Source of the DNA: Eledone cirrhosa
Taxonomy: Eukaryota
Direction: 5' to 3'
Length of the DNA stretch: 64,000 bases
Assembly (NCBI GenBank): GCA_964016885.1
Contig: OZ024746.1
Location: 30,938,001-31,002,000 of the forward strand
Shown: positions 28,401 through 41,041 of the stretch, one piece after another
Layout: each line of letters begins with the position of its first letter
Numbering within the stretch: position 1 is the stretch's first letter
Program-made: the position numbers and the translations under genes
The notes under the pieces: model-generated
What the model was told of the DNA's origin: nothing
Seen by the model: the letters and a program-made list of their open reading frames with translations, nothing else
The model's database searches: none

Positions 28401-29551
28401 CTATATACCCAGATACACATTGTAGGGCTAACCTAGAGTACTATATACCCAGATACACATTGTAGGGCTAACCTAGAGTACTATATACCCAGATACACAT
28501 TGTAGGGCTAACCTAGAGTACTATATACCCAGATACACATTGTAGGGCTAACCTTGAGTACTATATACCCAGATACACATTGTAGGGCTAACCTTGAGTA
28601 CTATATACCCAGATATACATTGTAGGGCTAACCTAAAGTACTATATACCCAGATACACATTGTAGGGCTAACCTTGAGTACTATATACCCAGATACACAT
28701 TGTAGGGCTAACCTAAAGTACTATATACCCAGATACACATTGTAGGGCTAACCTAGAGTACTATATACCCATATACACATTGTAGGGCTAACCTAGAGTA
28801 CTATATACCCAGATACACATTGTAGGGCTAACCTAGGGTACTATATACCCAGATACACATTGTAGGGCTAACCTAGAGTACTATATACCCAGATACACAT
28901 TGTAGGGCTAACCTAGAGTACTATATATCCAGATACACATTGTAGGGCTAACCTTGAGTACTATATACCCAGATACACATTGTAGGGCTAACCTTGAGTA
29001 CTATATACCCAGATACACATTGTAGGGCTAACCTTGAGTACTATATACCCAGATACACATTGTAGGGCTAACCTTGAGTACTATATACCCAGATACACAT
29101 TGTAGGGCTAACCTTGAGTACTATATACCCAGATACACATTGTAGGGCTAACCTTGAGTACTATATACCCAGATACACATTGTAGGGCTAACCTTGAGTA
29201 CTATATACCCAGATACACATTGTAGGGCTAACCTAGAGTACTATATATCCAGATACACATTGTAGGGCTAACCTTGAGTACTATATACCCAGATACACAT
29301 TGTAGGGCTAACCTAGAGTACTATATATCCAGATACACATTGTAGGGCTAACCTTGAGTACTATATACCCAGATACACATTGTAGGGCTAACCTAGAGTA
29401 CTATATACACAGATACACATTGTAGGGCTAACCTAGAGTACTATATACCCAGATACACATTGTAGGGCTAACCTAGAGTACTATATACCCAGATACACAT
29501 TGTAGGGCTAACCTAGAGTACTATATACCCAGATACACATTGTAGGGCTAA
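25470..29551. repeat. 40-bp minisatellite, about 100 units
   Basis: Unit CTATATACCCAGATACACATTGTAGGGCTAACCTAGAGTA with tag/ttg/taa variants; degenerate at the left edge and sharp at the right edge. Confidence 0.98.
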
Positions 29552-29604
29552 GCTTGATATCCAATTCTTTGCAGGTGCCTCTTGCCACTTTTTTTCCGTC
29601 CCCG

Positions 29605-29684
29605 ATGTTGATATTGTTGTTGATGATGATGATGATGCTGCTGATGATGTTGATGTTGTTGAAGTTGATGATGATGATGATGTT

Positions 29685-29735
<51 letters not shown>

Positions 29736-29750
29736 TTGTTGTTGTTGTTG

Positions 29751-29792
<42 letters not shown>

Positions 29793-29810
29793 TTGTTGTT
29801 GTTGTTGTTA
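29605..29810. repeat. Compound (GAT)n/(GTT)n/(GCT)n trinucleotide microsatellite
   Basis: Directly visible. Confidence 0.95.
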
Positions 29811-29964
29811 ATGGTGTAGGTGATTGGTTTTATTGATTTGATTCTCTCTTGGCTGGTTTGATGTTTACTGGGTGGCTTTTCAATCTGTCACAATCAAAAG
29901 ACTGACATTTAACTGGGTAACTTTGATGTAAACAGGATTGTAGAGGGTGGCAGGGAGAAGAGGA

Positions 29965-30016
<52 letters not shown>

Positions 30017-30459
30017 GAGATGGTTGATGCGGGAGGAGAGATGTAGTGGGAAGGGGAGATGGGGAGAGTGACATGGTGGGAGACGGAGCTGGACAGATAC
30101 ATAGAGAGAGGGGTTGAGGCAGGAGAGACATAGTGAAATGTGGAGGGGGGATAGAGAGAGACAGTGAAAGCAAGAGATGGAGAGAGAAAGATACACACTG
30201 AGAGAAGATGTGGGAGTAACATAGTGAGATGGTAAGAGGCTGAGAGAGACACATTGTGTGAGGAAGAGATGGAGAGGGGATGAGAAAGGAAAGACATAGA
30301 GAGATAGGAGGAGAAGAAATGCACTGAGAGATATGAAGGAGAAACTCAGCGAGAGAAAGACGGAGAGAAACATAGAGAGAGATAGAGGGGGAGTGAATAT
30401 GAAGATTGGGGGCAGAGAGCGATAGAGAGAGGGAGAAAGAACAGAACAGTTGGCGTGTA

Positions 30460-30491
<32 letters not shown>

Positions 30492-30618
30492 AATCAGGAA
30501 AGAAGATTGACATGGTTTGCAATAATAAAAAAGGTTTTTAATCTCATTGCTGACAATTGTTTCTCTGAACTGGTAGGTCTAGAGGTCGCTATTCGCTTGT
30601 TTTCACGTTACTCGATCG

Positions 30619-30672
<54 letters not shown>

Positions 30673-30953
30673 TAGAGAGAGAACGAGAGAGAGGGGGGAG
30701 AGAAAGAGAGAAGCAGATGAAAATGCAGTAGAAAGAGAAGACGAGAGAGTGAATGTGTTAAAAAGAATGAAAAGAATAGAATATAAGAGAAAGAAAGAAT
30801 TTATGGGAAGAGAGAGTTAGGGAAAGGGAGAGAGGGTGGGAGAGGGGGGGAGAGAGTGATGAGGAAGAAAAAGGAGAATGAGTAAGTGTTTCTTAAGTAA
30901 ATGCTCTCACTCAACACTCATCACTTGATAATATTCTATTCTAATATTCACCA

Positions 30954-31330
30954 ATGGAGCCAGTCGGCTTCAACCACGATGATCGTAAACACCCTGACCT
31001 GATAACCCGTTTCCCGTTTCAGATGGGGAAGGTTACTTACTTATGTGGTACGCCACGTGTTTCCACATATTCTCCTTTTCGAATCTTGTCACTTCAGCCA
31101 CAAACCTGGACACTGCTGCCCTTAACACAGAGGAACAGAAAATCTCCAAATGTCTGTTCTTGACCAGCCAACTTCTTTTCGTATCAATCACCATCGGAAC
31201 TTCCGGTGTCTCCGGTCCCTGGACTGATGTGCTGCTCCCCAAAGGGTGTCTCATGGAGTGGAATGGCTGATGCAGTGAGTTTCACTGGCTGTTCTCCACA
31301 ACAATGATTTCACCACCTTTTCCGTGGGAC
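30954..31330 (+). pseudogene. Decayed restriction-like endonuclease domain of a CRE/NeSL-type non-LTR retrotransposon
   Basis: EPVG...DDRKHPDLIT.FPFQMGK, then WYATCFHIFS.SNL, EEQKISK, LFVSITIGTSG; resembles RPDG..PW..GK...WD.T....E..K..KY...FVP...ET.G. Confidence 0.65.
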
Positions 31331-31509
31331 CCAACTAAGATATACTGCCCAGCCAAGAGTGTAAAGTTCCCCCACCCTTTTTTCGCTTTACTCTTTTGTT
31401 TTTATAATTTCACCATTGTATACTTCTGTCCCCTATATTCTATTGATCTCCCGAACTATGGGACAAATCATCTGACGTCATCACACACACACTCATACAT
31501 ACATATATA

Positions 31510-31915
31510 TCTATACTATAAAGCTGACGGCCGTATGTGTGTAACAAACTTTTCGCCAAACGGCTGGACCAAACAGCACCAAATTTGCACCATAGATGTA
31601 ACTTTTTCCAAGTAAGAAAGTGAGGGTATTTTTGTCTTTTAAATTTCGTTAACAGATTAAAGATATTTTATCGTTTATTTAAATATTCACTTCTTTAAAA
31701 TTTTCAAATGTCATCACTTCCGGTTATACAACATTCCTCTCTCTTTCTTAGTCTGTCTTTTTAGATAGATACATAGCTATAACGTCACGCTCTTATAATA
31801 TGTCTCTGTATGTCTGGCTGTCTGCATTAGATACATATCTGCCTGTCTGCATTGACTTCGCTTCTAACCAACTTTTAATTAATTCAGTGCAAAGATACCG
31901 CACGCCCTCTCAATA

Positions 31916-31947
<32 letters not shown>

Positions 31948-32249
31948 ATTAGTAATAATAATAAATGTGTAGACTAAAATCCAAAGAGGGCTCGATAAGG
32001 ATAAATATATATCAACTATATAAGAACCCTAGAGCAAATATTGTTCTCATTGCTGACGTATTATCTTCGCTTTTTCCGATCATTACCAAGGAACGTCTTC
32101 ACGAACCAAAGTATCGTCTTCTTGTTTTCCTTCGTTTTTGTTTACTTCGGTTTTTTTTACTTCTGCGTTCACAGATTGATTTTTTTTAGTTTCAGAAGAT
32201 CCCGTTAAGGATGAAAGCAGCGATTCTTTGCTTAAACTTTAATCTGTTA

Positions 32250-32291
<42 letters not shown>

Positions 32292-32778
32292 TATATTCGT
32301 GTACAGATATTTTTTCATACACAAAAACAAAATATAAACAAACGTATTTATTTCACAAAAGCACAGACGGCTTATCGTCATTGTTACTGCTGATATGCCC
32401 ACCCAAAAAGTCCAAGCCTGGCCGCAAGATCAGATTTTCCAGAATAAAAAATGTTACTAGAGCAACAGAGAGACAAAGCTCAGGGTCAAAAAATATTGTA
32501 TACTCTGAGGCTCTAACAATGTAATTTATGTATTTTCTGTTACTTGGAATTTCCATTATGGTTGTACAAATTATTGTAATGTTTGTTAAAAAATGTGTTC
32601 TCTGTTCAGCATTTATTGTTGTAACTATCAATTTCTTTAACGTACTGGCTGCTGAACTGGGGAATCTTAAAACCAACATCAGAGCACGTTAACCCCCACC
32701 CTCGCTGACTTGAGAGGCCGTGCGGTATCTTTGCACTGAAGTGCGGTATCTTTGCAGTGAAGTCGGACGGGCCAGCTA

Positions 32779-32779
<1 letters not shown>
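31510..32779 (+). mobile_element. Non-autonomous Helitron-like element with a nested TA-flanked insert (about 31925-32290)
   Basis: A|TCTATACTATAAAG 5' end; GC-rich 3' end CTAG|T; internal 30-bp inverted repeat at 31882-31912 and 32710-32740. Confidence 0.7.
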
Positions 32780-32858
<79 letters not shown>

Positions 32859-32867
32859 GGGAAGAAA

Positions 32868-33350
32868 AAGTCGATTAAATCGACCTCAGTGCGTTACTGG
32901 TATCTTATTTTATCGACCTGGAAGGATGAAAAGCAAAGCTAACCTCGGCGGGATTCGAACTCAGAACGTAAAGGGCCGTAACCTTATATTAACATGGAGG
33001 TCAACATGGACCCCAGTACTTGACTGGTACCTTATTTTATCGACCAGGAAAGATGAAAGGCAAAGTTGATCTCGGTGGGATTTATAGAGAATATTAAGAA
33101 TATACAGAGCCCGAACAAATACCACGAAACAGTTTACTCAACGCTCTAACGTTTCTGTCATAGTAATAATTGTCTCTACTCTTCGCACAAGGCCAGCAAC
33201 TACCCAGTGTATTACTGGTACTTTATTTTATCGACCCCGTAAGGATGAAAGGCAAAGTTAACCTCGGCGGGATTTGAACTCAGAATGGCAAGGGCAGTAA
33301 CTCTATGCGTCAAAGCATGGCGTCCGACCCTCTACCGATACTGTCAATCC
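32868..33350 (-). mobile_element. Cluster of three SINE A copies/fragments
   Basis: Reverse-complement family A motifs at about 32870, 33010 and 33165. Confidence 0.8.
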
Positions 33351-33720
33351 CCTGCCATAGTAATAATGACAATAATATTCATCACCATCATCACCATCAT
33401 CACCATCATCATCATAATCATCACCATCATCATTATAGAAAGCAAAACAAACACGCCAATATAAAGACAAAACATTATAGTTTAGTTGATGAGGTATTAT
33501 GTTGCTTTCGCTTTCTCCTCAACCTCAAAACTCTAAACTTGCTAAATGTCATATGAATTGGTGTAATGACCAACACTTCGACAGAGGCGAGACATTCTAT
33601 CGATATTGACATCATTGTTCTCTTATTTCGTATACAAAATATAAAATAGCCATAGCGAAGGTTTCGTTGGAAATTTGCTGCATATAAAACTGTCAAAGTC
33701 GCCATAATATTTGTAATGGT

Positions 33721-33845
<125 letters not shown>

Positions 33846-34207
33846 CATATATATAATGTATGTATGTGTATATATATATGGTGGAGGCGGCGGCGGCGGA
33901 TCAAATTAAAAAAAAAAAAAAAAAAGAATACAAAACAGCCGTCAAATGTTAAAATGCTGAACCTCCGTAAACAACGACGTTCGTTTTCTTTCCTCTTTTT
34001 CTATTCAATTGAAGAGGTGGCTTGACATTTTCAGAAGAATGCAGCAGATTCGTCGCCTTTCAGGATTGCCGGCCCTGATAATAATAGCCAGATAAGGTAA
34101 ATAAATATAATAAAATATATAAATAATGAAAATAATCGGGCGAAGTGATATAATCTAATGGCATAAACCAATAAAAGAACAAAGGAAAGCAGATGAATAT
34201 ATATCTA

Positions 34208-34361
<154 letters not shown>

Positions 34362-34437
34362 GAACGAGAGAGAGAGAGAGAGACAGACAGAGTATTAAAT
34401 AGATCAAAGGCTATATGCAGTTGTATTTAGGTTTATT

Positions 34438-34532
34438 TTTTATCTCCATGATACATATTTCGCTGAGGTCTACGGCTAAATAGTTTTCATCTTACCAATT
34501 CCGATAGCCTGAGCTCATCAGACAGTATAAAA
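34438..34532 (-). ncRNA. Type I hammerhead ribozyme motif with extended helix II
   Basis: TTTTATACTGT-CTGATGA-GCTCAGG...CCTCAGC-GAAA-TATGTA-TC-ATGGAGATAAAA. Confidence 0.75.
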
Positions 34533-35221
34533 GAAACCTTTAAAACAATTTCGCACAACTTGAAAAACTATTTTAAAAACTATTTTAAAAACTTCTCAAC
34601 GCATTTTTTTTATGTTTTTCAGTTCATGATCAGGAGATGGCAGAATGTGTTGACATTTCTTTGCCAGCCGGCCCCTGTATGACCCTAGCACCATGGCGGA
34701 AGTGTGGGTCTGTCCCTGTCTTACATTAGTACCGCTAAATGTCGAAGATAGCAAGTCATCGTTATAGGAACGAATTCTGCAAGTAGCAGGGGTGGTGGAA
34801 CTGGAGCGGAGGGGGGGGGGGACTAAGGTGGCTATGAGCTCCCCAATAATTATATTTTTTTCCCCAAACCACCAAAACTCACATCGATTTGTATATGTGC
34901 CACAATTTACGTACATATAATGTAGAGACAGATGCGGGAGATAGATATAGATATAGAGAATGGGAGAGTTTGGTTTTATATTAGATATAGAGAGGGGTAG
35001 AGATTGATGTTTATTGCTATAGAGCGGGGGAAGGTTTGGTGATTGGAAGAGAGTTCTGTGTAGTAGATATAGAGAGAGGGAGAGTTGATATAGAATAGAA
35101 GGTCATATATATATATATATATATATATAACAAACGTTTTCTCCATCATCCGCCCTGTGTTGTCCCTCGTCCCTCTCTTCCCACAACCTCAAAATATGAA
35201 CAACAACCGTATTGTATAAAA

Positions 35222-35436
35222 ATAATAATTGTTTCTACTTTAGGCACAAGGGCAGCAATTTTGTGTGTGGGGGGGGTGGAGGAGTCGATTGAATCGACCC
35301 CTGTGCATTACTAGTGCTTTATTTTATCGACCCCATAAGGGTCAAAAGTTAACCTCGGCGGGATTTGAACTCAGAACGTAAAGGGCCGTAACTCTGTGCC
35401 ACAAAGCATAATGTCGGACGCTCTACCAATACTGCC
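35222..35436 (-). mobile_element. SINE family A
   Basis: Consensus match, (ATT)n tail. Confidence 0.8.
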
Positions 35437-36069
35437 GTTCTATAATCTATTTACTTAAATGCAGCAAAAGAGGGATTACTGTTGCACCCTCCGGCACCAC
35501 AACCCCCAGCTGTTAATAGCTTGTTAACAAGATTGTTCACCAACCCACCTACCACGTCTCTTTCTTAGTACATTACTACCCCCTTTCTATGCCTGTTCTG
35601 TGTGTGTGTGTGTCCCCTCTCCCCTCTCCCCTCTCCCCTCTCTCTCTATATATATATATCCCCACGTGGATTTAGTAACGGTCATCCCTTGTATTATTGA
35701 ACTAAACGCCTGTTGAAAAAGTGACTTCCTTGTTCATCATCTTACCAGAAGCAGGACATTTTTTATGTAGGCTGACGGTAACTGATTTAGGAGCCGCAGA
35801 AACCCAAGTGCTGGAATTTACCATCTTTCCAGGGGGTCCGGGTAAATGTTTCATTCATATATATTTTTATTTGTCTGACCCGAATTTTCTTGGTCGTATT
35901 TTTGGCTGTGCGAATGATTGTTTAAGCATCGTCTCAGTGTGTTGGTATTTAAACGTTAGTTATAGCTCTGGTTTATCCGAACCATTGAGCACTTTGCCGC
36001 ACATTTCGAATCGAAGATCGTGTTTCGTTATTTCGTGGGCCGAAGTTCCGATTCTCGATAATTTATTTG

Positions 36070-36120
<51 letters not shown>

Positions 36121-36242
36121 ACCTGAGGTATCTGATTTTTAATGCGATGAAATACCAATGATGGTTGGCAAATCACTGATGAGGGACTAATTTTATAATA
36201 TGTAACCCATGTGCAACCACGCAGTATTCCTCTAACCTTGTT

Positions 36243-36297
<55 letters not shown>

Positions 36298-36583
36298 TAT
36301 ATAATTGTGAACAGCCGATCCCGTTGTTTTATCTGTTGTGACAAACCTAAACTTTTTTCTAGCATTGTCCATCTAGCACAATATTATCTAATGTGACGTT
36401 CGTTTCTTTATGACTGTTGTGTGTGATTTGAGAGACAATTGGCTGTTATTTCTAACAAGGCAATTGACCGTGTATAGGCGCCGTAATTTTGTTCTATTAT
36501 TGTAGTGGTCAATGGAATGACATTTCAGAATAAATATAGCATTTAAAATATTAATGTTTACATTATATATATATATATATATA

Positions 36584-36682
<99 letters not shown>

Positions 36683-36706
36683 GTGTGTGTGTGTGTTTGT
36701 GTGTAT

Positions 36707-36751
<45 letters not shown>

Positions 36752-37124
36752 TGTGTATGTATGTATATGTGTGTATCCATATATATATATATATATATAT
36801 ATTTACAATCGGTATTTCCAATATAAATAATGGTGGGTATTCTTGATTAATTTATTGGTACGCTTCTAAAATATTCATCACCACCATCACCATCATCATC
36901 CTTACCAGCATCAAAAGCACCAACATTACTATCATTACCATCATCATCCCTACCACCATCATAACAACCATAACAACCATCACCAGCATCATTACCATCA
37001 TCATCACCATCATCATCATCGTCAATATTATCACATTTATCATTTTAAAGGTCATACCAGTCGACAGCATTCCATTTATTATCAATTTTTATCAATACAT
37101 TAATAATATTGTTGTTGTTGTTGA

Positions 37125-37907
37125 GGATGGTGGATTGAGAGTATTGGTAGCGGCGTCGGACAATATGCTTTGCGGCATATAGTTACGTTCCTTTATATTC
37201 GAGTCCAGATCCAGCCGAAGTCAACTTAGCCTTTCTTCCTTAGGGGTTCTATAAAATAAATCGATTTAATCGACTTTCTCCTCTCCTCAAATTGCTGGCC
37301 TTGTGCCTATACTAGAAATTATCATTTTTATTATTATTATTATTATTGGCAGCATAGTTACGTCCCTTTACGATCTGAGTTCAAATCCCGCCGAGGTCAA
37401 CTTTGCCTCTCATCCTTACGGGGTCGATAAAATAAAGTACCAGTAATGCACTGGGTAATTGCTGGCCTTGTGCCAAAAGTAGAAACAATTATTATTACTA
37501 GATTGAGGGCGGTGAATTGGCAGTATCGGTAGAGGGTCGGACGACATGCTTTGTAGCATAGAGTTACGCCTCTTTACGGTCTGAGTTGAAATCCCGCCGA
37601 AGTCAACTTCGCCTTTCATCCTTACGGGGTCGATAAAATAAAGTACCAGTAATGTACTGGTTAATTGCTGGCCTTGTGCCAAAAGTAGAAACAATTATTA
37701 TTACTAGATTGAGGGCGGTGAATTGGCAGTATCGGTAGAGGGTCGGACGCCATGCTTTCCAGCATAGTTACGTCCCTTTACGGTCTGAGTTCAAATCCCG
37801 CCGAGGTTGACTTTGCCTTTCATCCTTACCGGGTCGATAAAATAAAGTACCAGTAATGAACTGGATAATTGCTGGCCTTGTGCCTAAAGTAGAAACAATT
37901 ATTATTA
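37125..37907 (+). mobile_element. Four head-to-tail SINE A copies
   Basis: Units start at about 37125, 37348, 37505 and 37710; the junction ATTATTACTAGATTGAGGGCGGTG is duplicated. Confidence 0.85.
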
Positions 37908-38069
37908 AAGCTAAAAAGTGAGTTTTGTTACTCTGGAGTTTCGCCTGTTTATCAGTCTGATGACCCTGTGATAAACTGTAACAAGACTCACTTTTTAGCC
38001 TTAATAATAAGGAGTATTAAAACTCTACTTCGGTATTGAATACGCCTTTCTCTCAGTCGTCAACCTTAT

Positions 38070-38073
<4 letters not shown>
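37901..38073 (+). mobile_element. Small fold-back element with hammerhead halves split between its arms
   Basis: Plus: GTCTGATGACCCTGTGATAAAC; minus arm: GATAAACAGGC-GAAA-CTCCAGAG-TA-ACAAAAC; arms at 37901-37930 and 37978-38010. Confidence 0.6.
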
Positions 38074-38128
<55 letters not shown>

Positions 38129-38436
38129 GCATGCATACATTTATATATATAAATATATATATATATACATATATGCATATATACATTTATATATACAGAC
38201 ATATATATATATATATTATTGACGGGTACTATGTTAGTATGTGTGTGTGTGTGTGTGCGTGCGTGTGTTTGTGTAAGTATATGCAAAGCCATCTTCCAGA
38301 GATGGTAACAGCTGCAACTTATAATAGGTTTTGTGTTAAATAAAACAATTGTAAAAACATATTCCAGCCGTACTTTGAATAGAACTCTCATTCATGGTTA
38401 GTTCTTTAATTAACTATCTAATTAATTGATCTCATT

Positions 38437-38518
<82 letters not shown>

Positions 38519-38534
38519 AAGGTGGGTAAAATTC

Positions 38535-38802
38535 CCGAGATCCATGGACGAGTTCTCTCCAGCGGTCTCTGTCCCTCATTATCGCTGCCATGTTCTGCAT
38601 CTCCAACAGACCAGTGTCTGTCCTTAGGGCATCAACATACGTTAACCTTGGTCTTCCTCTTCTAGTGTGTCCATATAGGGGCTCCCAAAGGAGTACTGAG
38701 TGCAATGTCAACTCTGGATGTCGGTGAGCATGTCCAGCTAACCTCAGTCTCCTCTGTGTCACTTTTGAGCTGACTTTTGGGATGCTCCCATACAGCTCTG
38801 AG
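38535..38802 (-). pseudogene. 5'-truncated 3' end of an RTE/RTE-X-type LINE ORF2
   Basis: QRRLRLAGHAHRH...VLLWEP..G.TRRGRPRLTYVD.L..DTGL...M.DRDRWR. Confidence 0.75.
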
Positions 38803-38979
38803 TTTTTCGAATATTAATAATAATATTCGATTTGTTTGCAATTATGTAAACAAGCCTCTTTTTTAAAGCCATGTCAGTAGAATGAGCCTCTCATTCCTGC
38901 TCTTGTGTTGGCATATAAACAGAACTGCAGACACTAGTGCTTCTGGGTATTACCCTCCATCAGTGCAGTTTACTGTTCA

Positions 38980-39085
<106 letters not shown>

Positions 39086-39249
39086 GTGTGTATATATATA
39101 TGGACTTTAGTGATGACATCAACCAAATAAGATAGTGTTAGTCCTGTAGCAGTAATTTAGATCTTATATATATATACAAAAATATATATATATACATATA
39201 TATGTGTGTGTGTGTTAAACAATGAAAACAAAAGGCAAATATTGGTGCC

Positions 39250-39281
<32 letters not shown>

Positions 39282-39382
39282 ATGTTATATACTTGAAGAT
39301 GGTCATATTGTTATAATATTGCTAGAAATAACAACAGAACAATCTCACTGTTTAGTTTGGGTAGGTTTTATATATATATATA

Positions 39383-39905
39383 TTAGGGTGGCCCTTATTT
39401 TTTTAACTTTCTAAATGTTGAGCTCCAGCCCCCCTATCTTGTTTCAATTAACAAAAAAAAATCTATGCAAAACTTTAGCTCAAGCGGACAACTGCAAGGC
39501 TAACGCCATCGACCGTGAGATTTGGAAGTTTCCGCCCGGAAAGTCATTTTTTCAGATAAGAATTTTTTATTTCTTATATAATTTTCTCTTAAGTTAAAAA
39601 CTTGTTCAGACTTATTCTTGGTATTAGAAGGATAAGTGACAATAAATATAATGGGAAAGGCAACTTTCAAAGCTGGGGACAGAGCACAGGTTTAGGACAA
39701 ACACATATTTTTCGCTATGGGAGCAGCAACATTTTAACTTTTGGAAAATTACTATATATATATAACTCAATACCGAGTACGCATTTCTCTCAGCTGTCAA
39801 CCACATACGGATAGATGTATATTAGAGTGGCCCTTAGCAATAGTAATTTTCCAAAAGTTAAAATGTTGCTGGTCCCATGCTGCTACTACATACATACATA
39901 TATAT

Positions 39906-39986
<81 letters not shown>

Positions 39987-41022
39987 ACAAAGGGAGAGCA
40001 ATGAGGGCAATGAGAAAAAGGAGAGAAAAGAGAGCAAGGAGAAAGAAAACAATGATAGCAATGAGAAAAGGAGAGCAAGGAGTGCGATGAGAAAGGGAGA
40101 GCAAGGAGTGCAATGAGAAAAGGAGAGCAATGAAGGAGAGCAATGAGAAAATGAGAACAAAGAGAGCAATGTGAAAAGGAGAGCAAAGCGAGCAAGGAGA
40201 GATTAAAGCAAATATTGCTCAATTTTTGCTGGAAGCAGACAAAGGTGAAAAAAATCAACTGAAGAGGTACATTCTGCACCAAAATGACTTTTCTTCCTTT
40301 ACAAACATCAAGTTTTCGTCTTTTGTAACTCATGGTACAAAACCTTTCTCCACAAGATTTTCTATCAGCACCGATTTCCTCGACAAAGAACCTTCAACAT
40401 GGCAGGATGATCCTGGTAACAAAAGTTGACATGAAAAACTTGAGAAGTCAGTTGTTGTGAATGATGTTGCAGAAAGAGGTGTGAAACTCATTCAGGAATA
40501 CAATAACATCCTCACAAAAGATGACACTGAGAAACAATTTGTTTTACAGATCGTTTCTGAAAACCGTAAAACACACCCAACTGCCACTAAATCCCCTCTT
40601 ATGCAAAAACAATGTTCTATATTCAGTGTTCAGTGTTAACATTGTTTTTGATTCTAGAGAAATTATTGTTGTAAATAAAAATGCGTTTCTCTTATAGAAG
40701 ACGTAATATTTCTTAAGTTTTTCATGTTATTTCAGGAATTTTTCAAATTAACTATTAGTAAATTTGATTCAGAATGTTTTTAAACATTTGCTGGTGTTGC
40801 CTGAATGTATCCACATAAATTTCTCTAAGAAGAAAAAAGAAAATTAATCGTTGCGTATACTAGGTTCCAACTTCAAGGCGTTTGAGGGTCGCCTAACAGT
40901 AGTCCGATTGAGCTGAAATTTTTGCCGACCCAATGTCTTTTGTTAATTGAAAGAGGATTAGGGGATGAGATTAGCAAAATTTTAACTTTCAGAAAATTAC
41001 CTATTGCTAAGGGCCACCCTAA
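39383..41022 (+). mobile_element. Internally deleted DNA transposon, probably hAT superfamily (hATm-like)
   Basis: TIRs TTAGGGTGGCCCTTA / TAAGGGCCACCCTAA in a TA tract; transposase C-terminal remnant VVVNDVAERGVKLIQEYNNILTKD at about 40230-40620; extra end copies at 39720-39755 and 39821-39875. Confidence 0.7.
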
Positions 41023-41041
41023 TATATATATATATATGTAA

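Noticed and set aside
25470-29551. CRISPR-like array
   Set aside because: Contiguous 40-bp units with no unique spacers, no cas genes, and a eukaryotic context.
29554-29811. Poly-Met/poly-Cys ORF
   Set aside because: Trinucleotide microsatellite.
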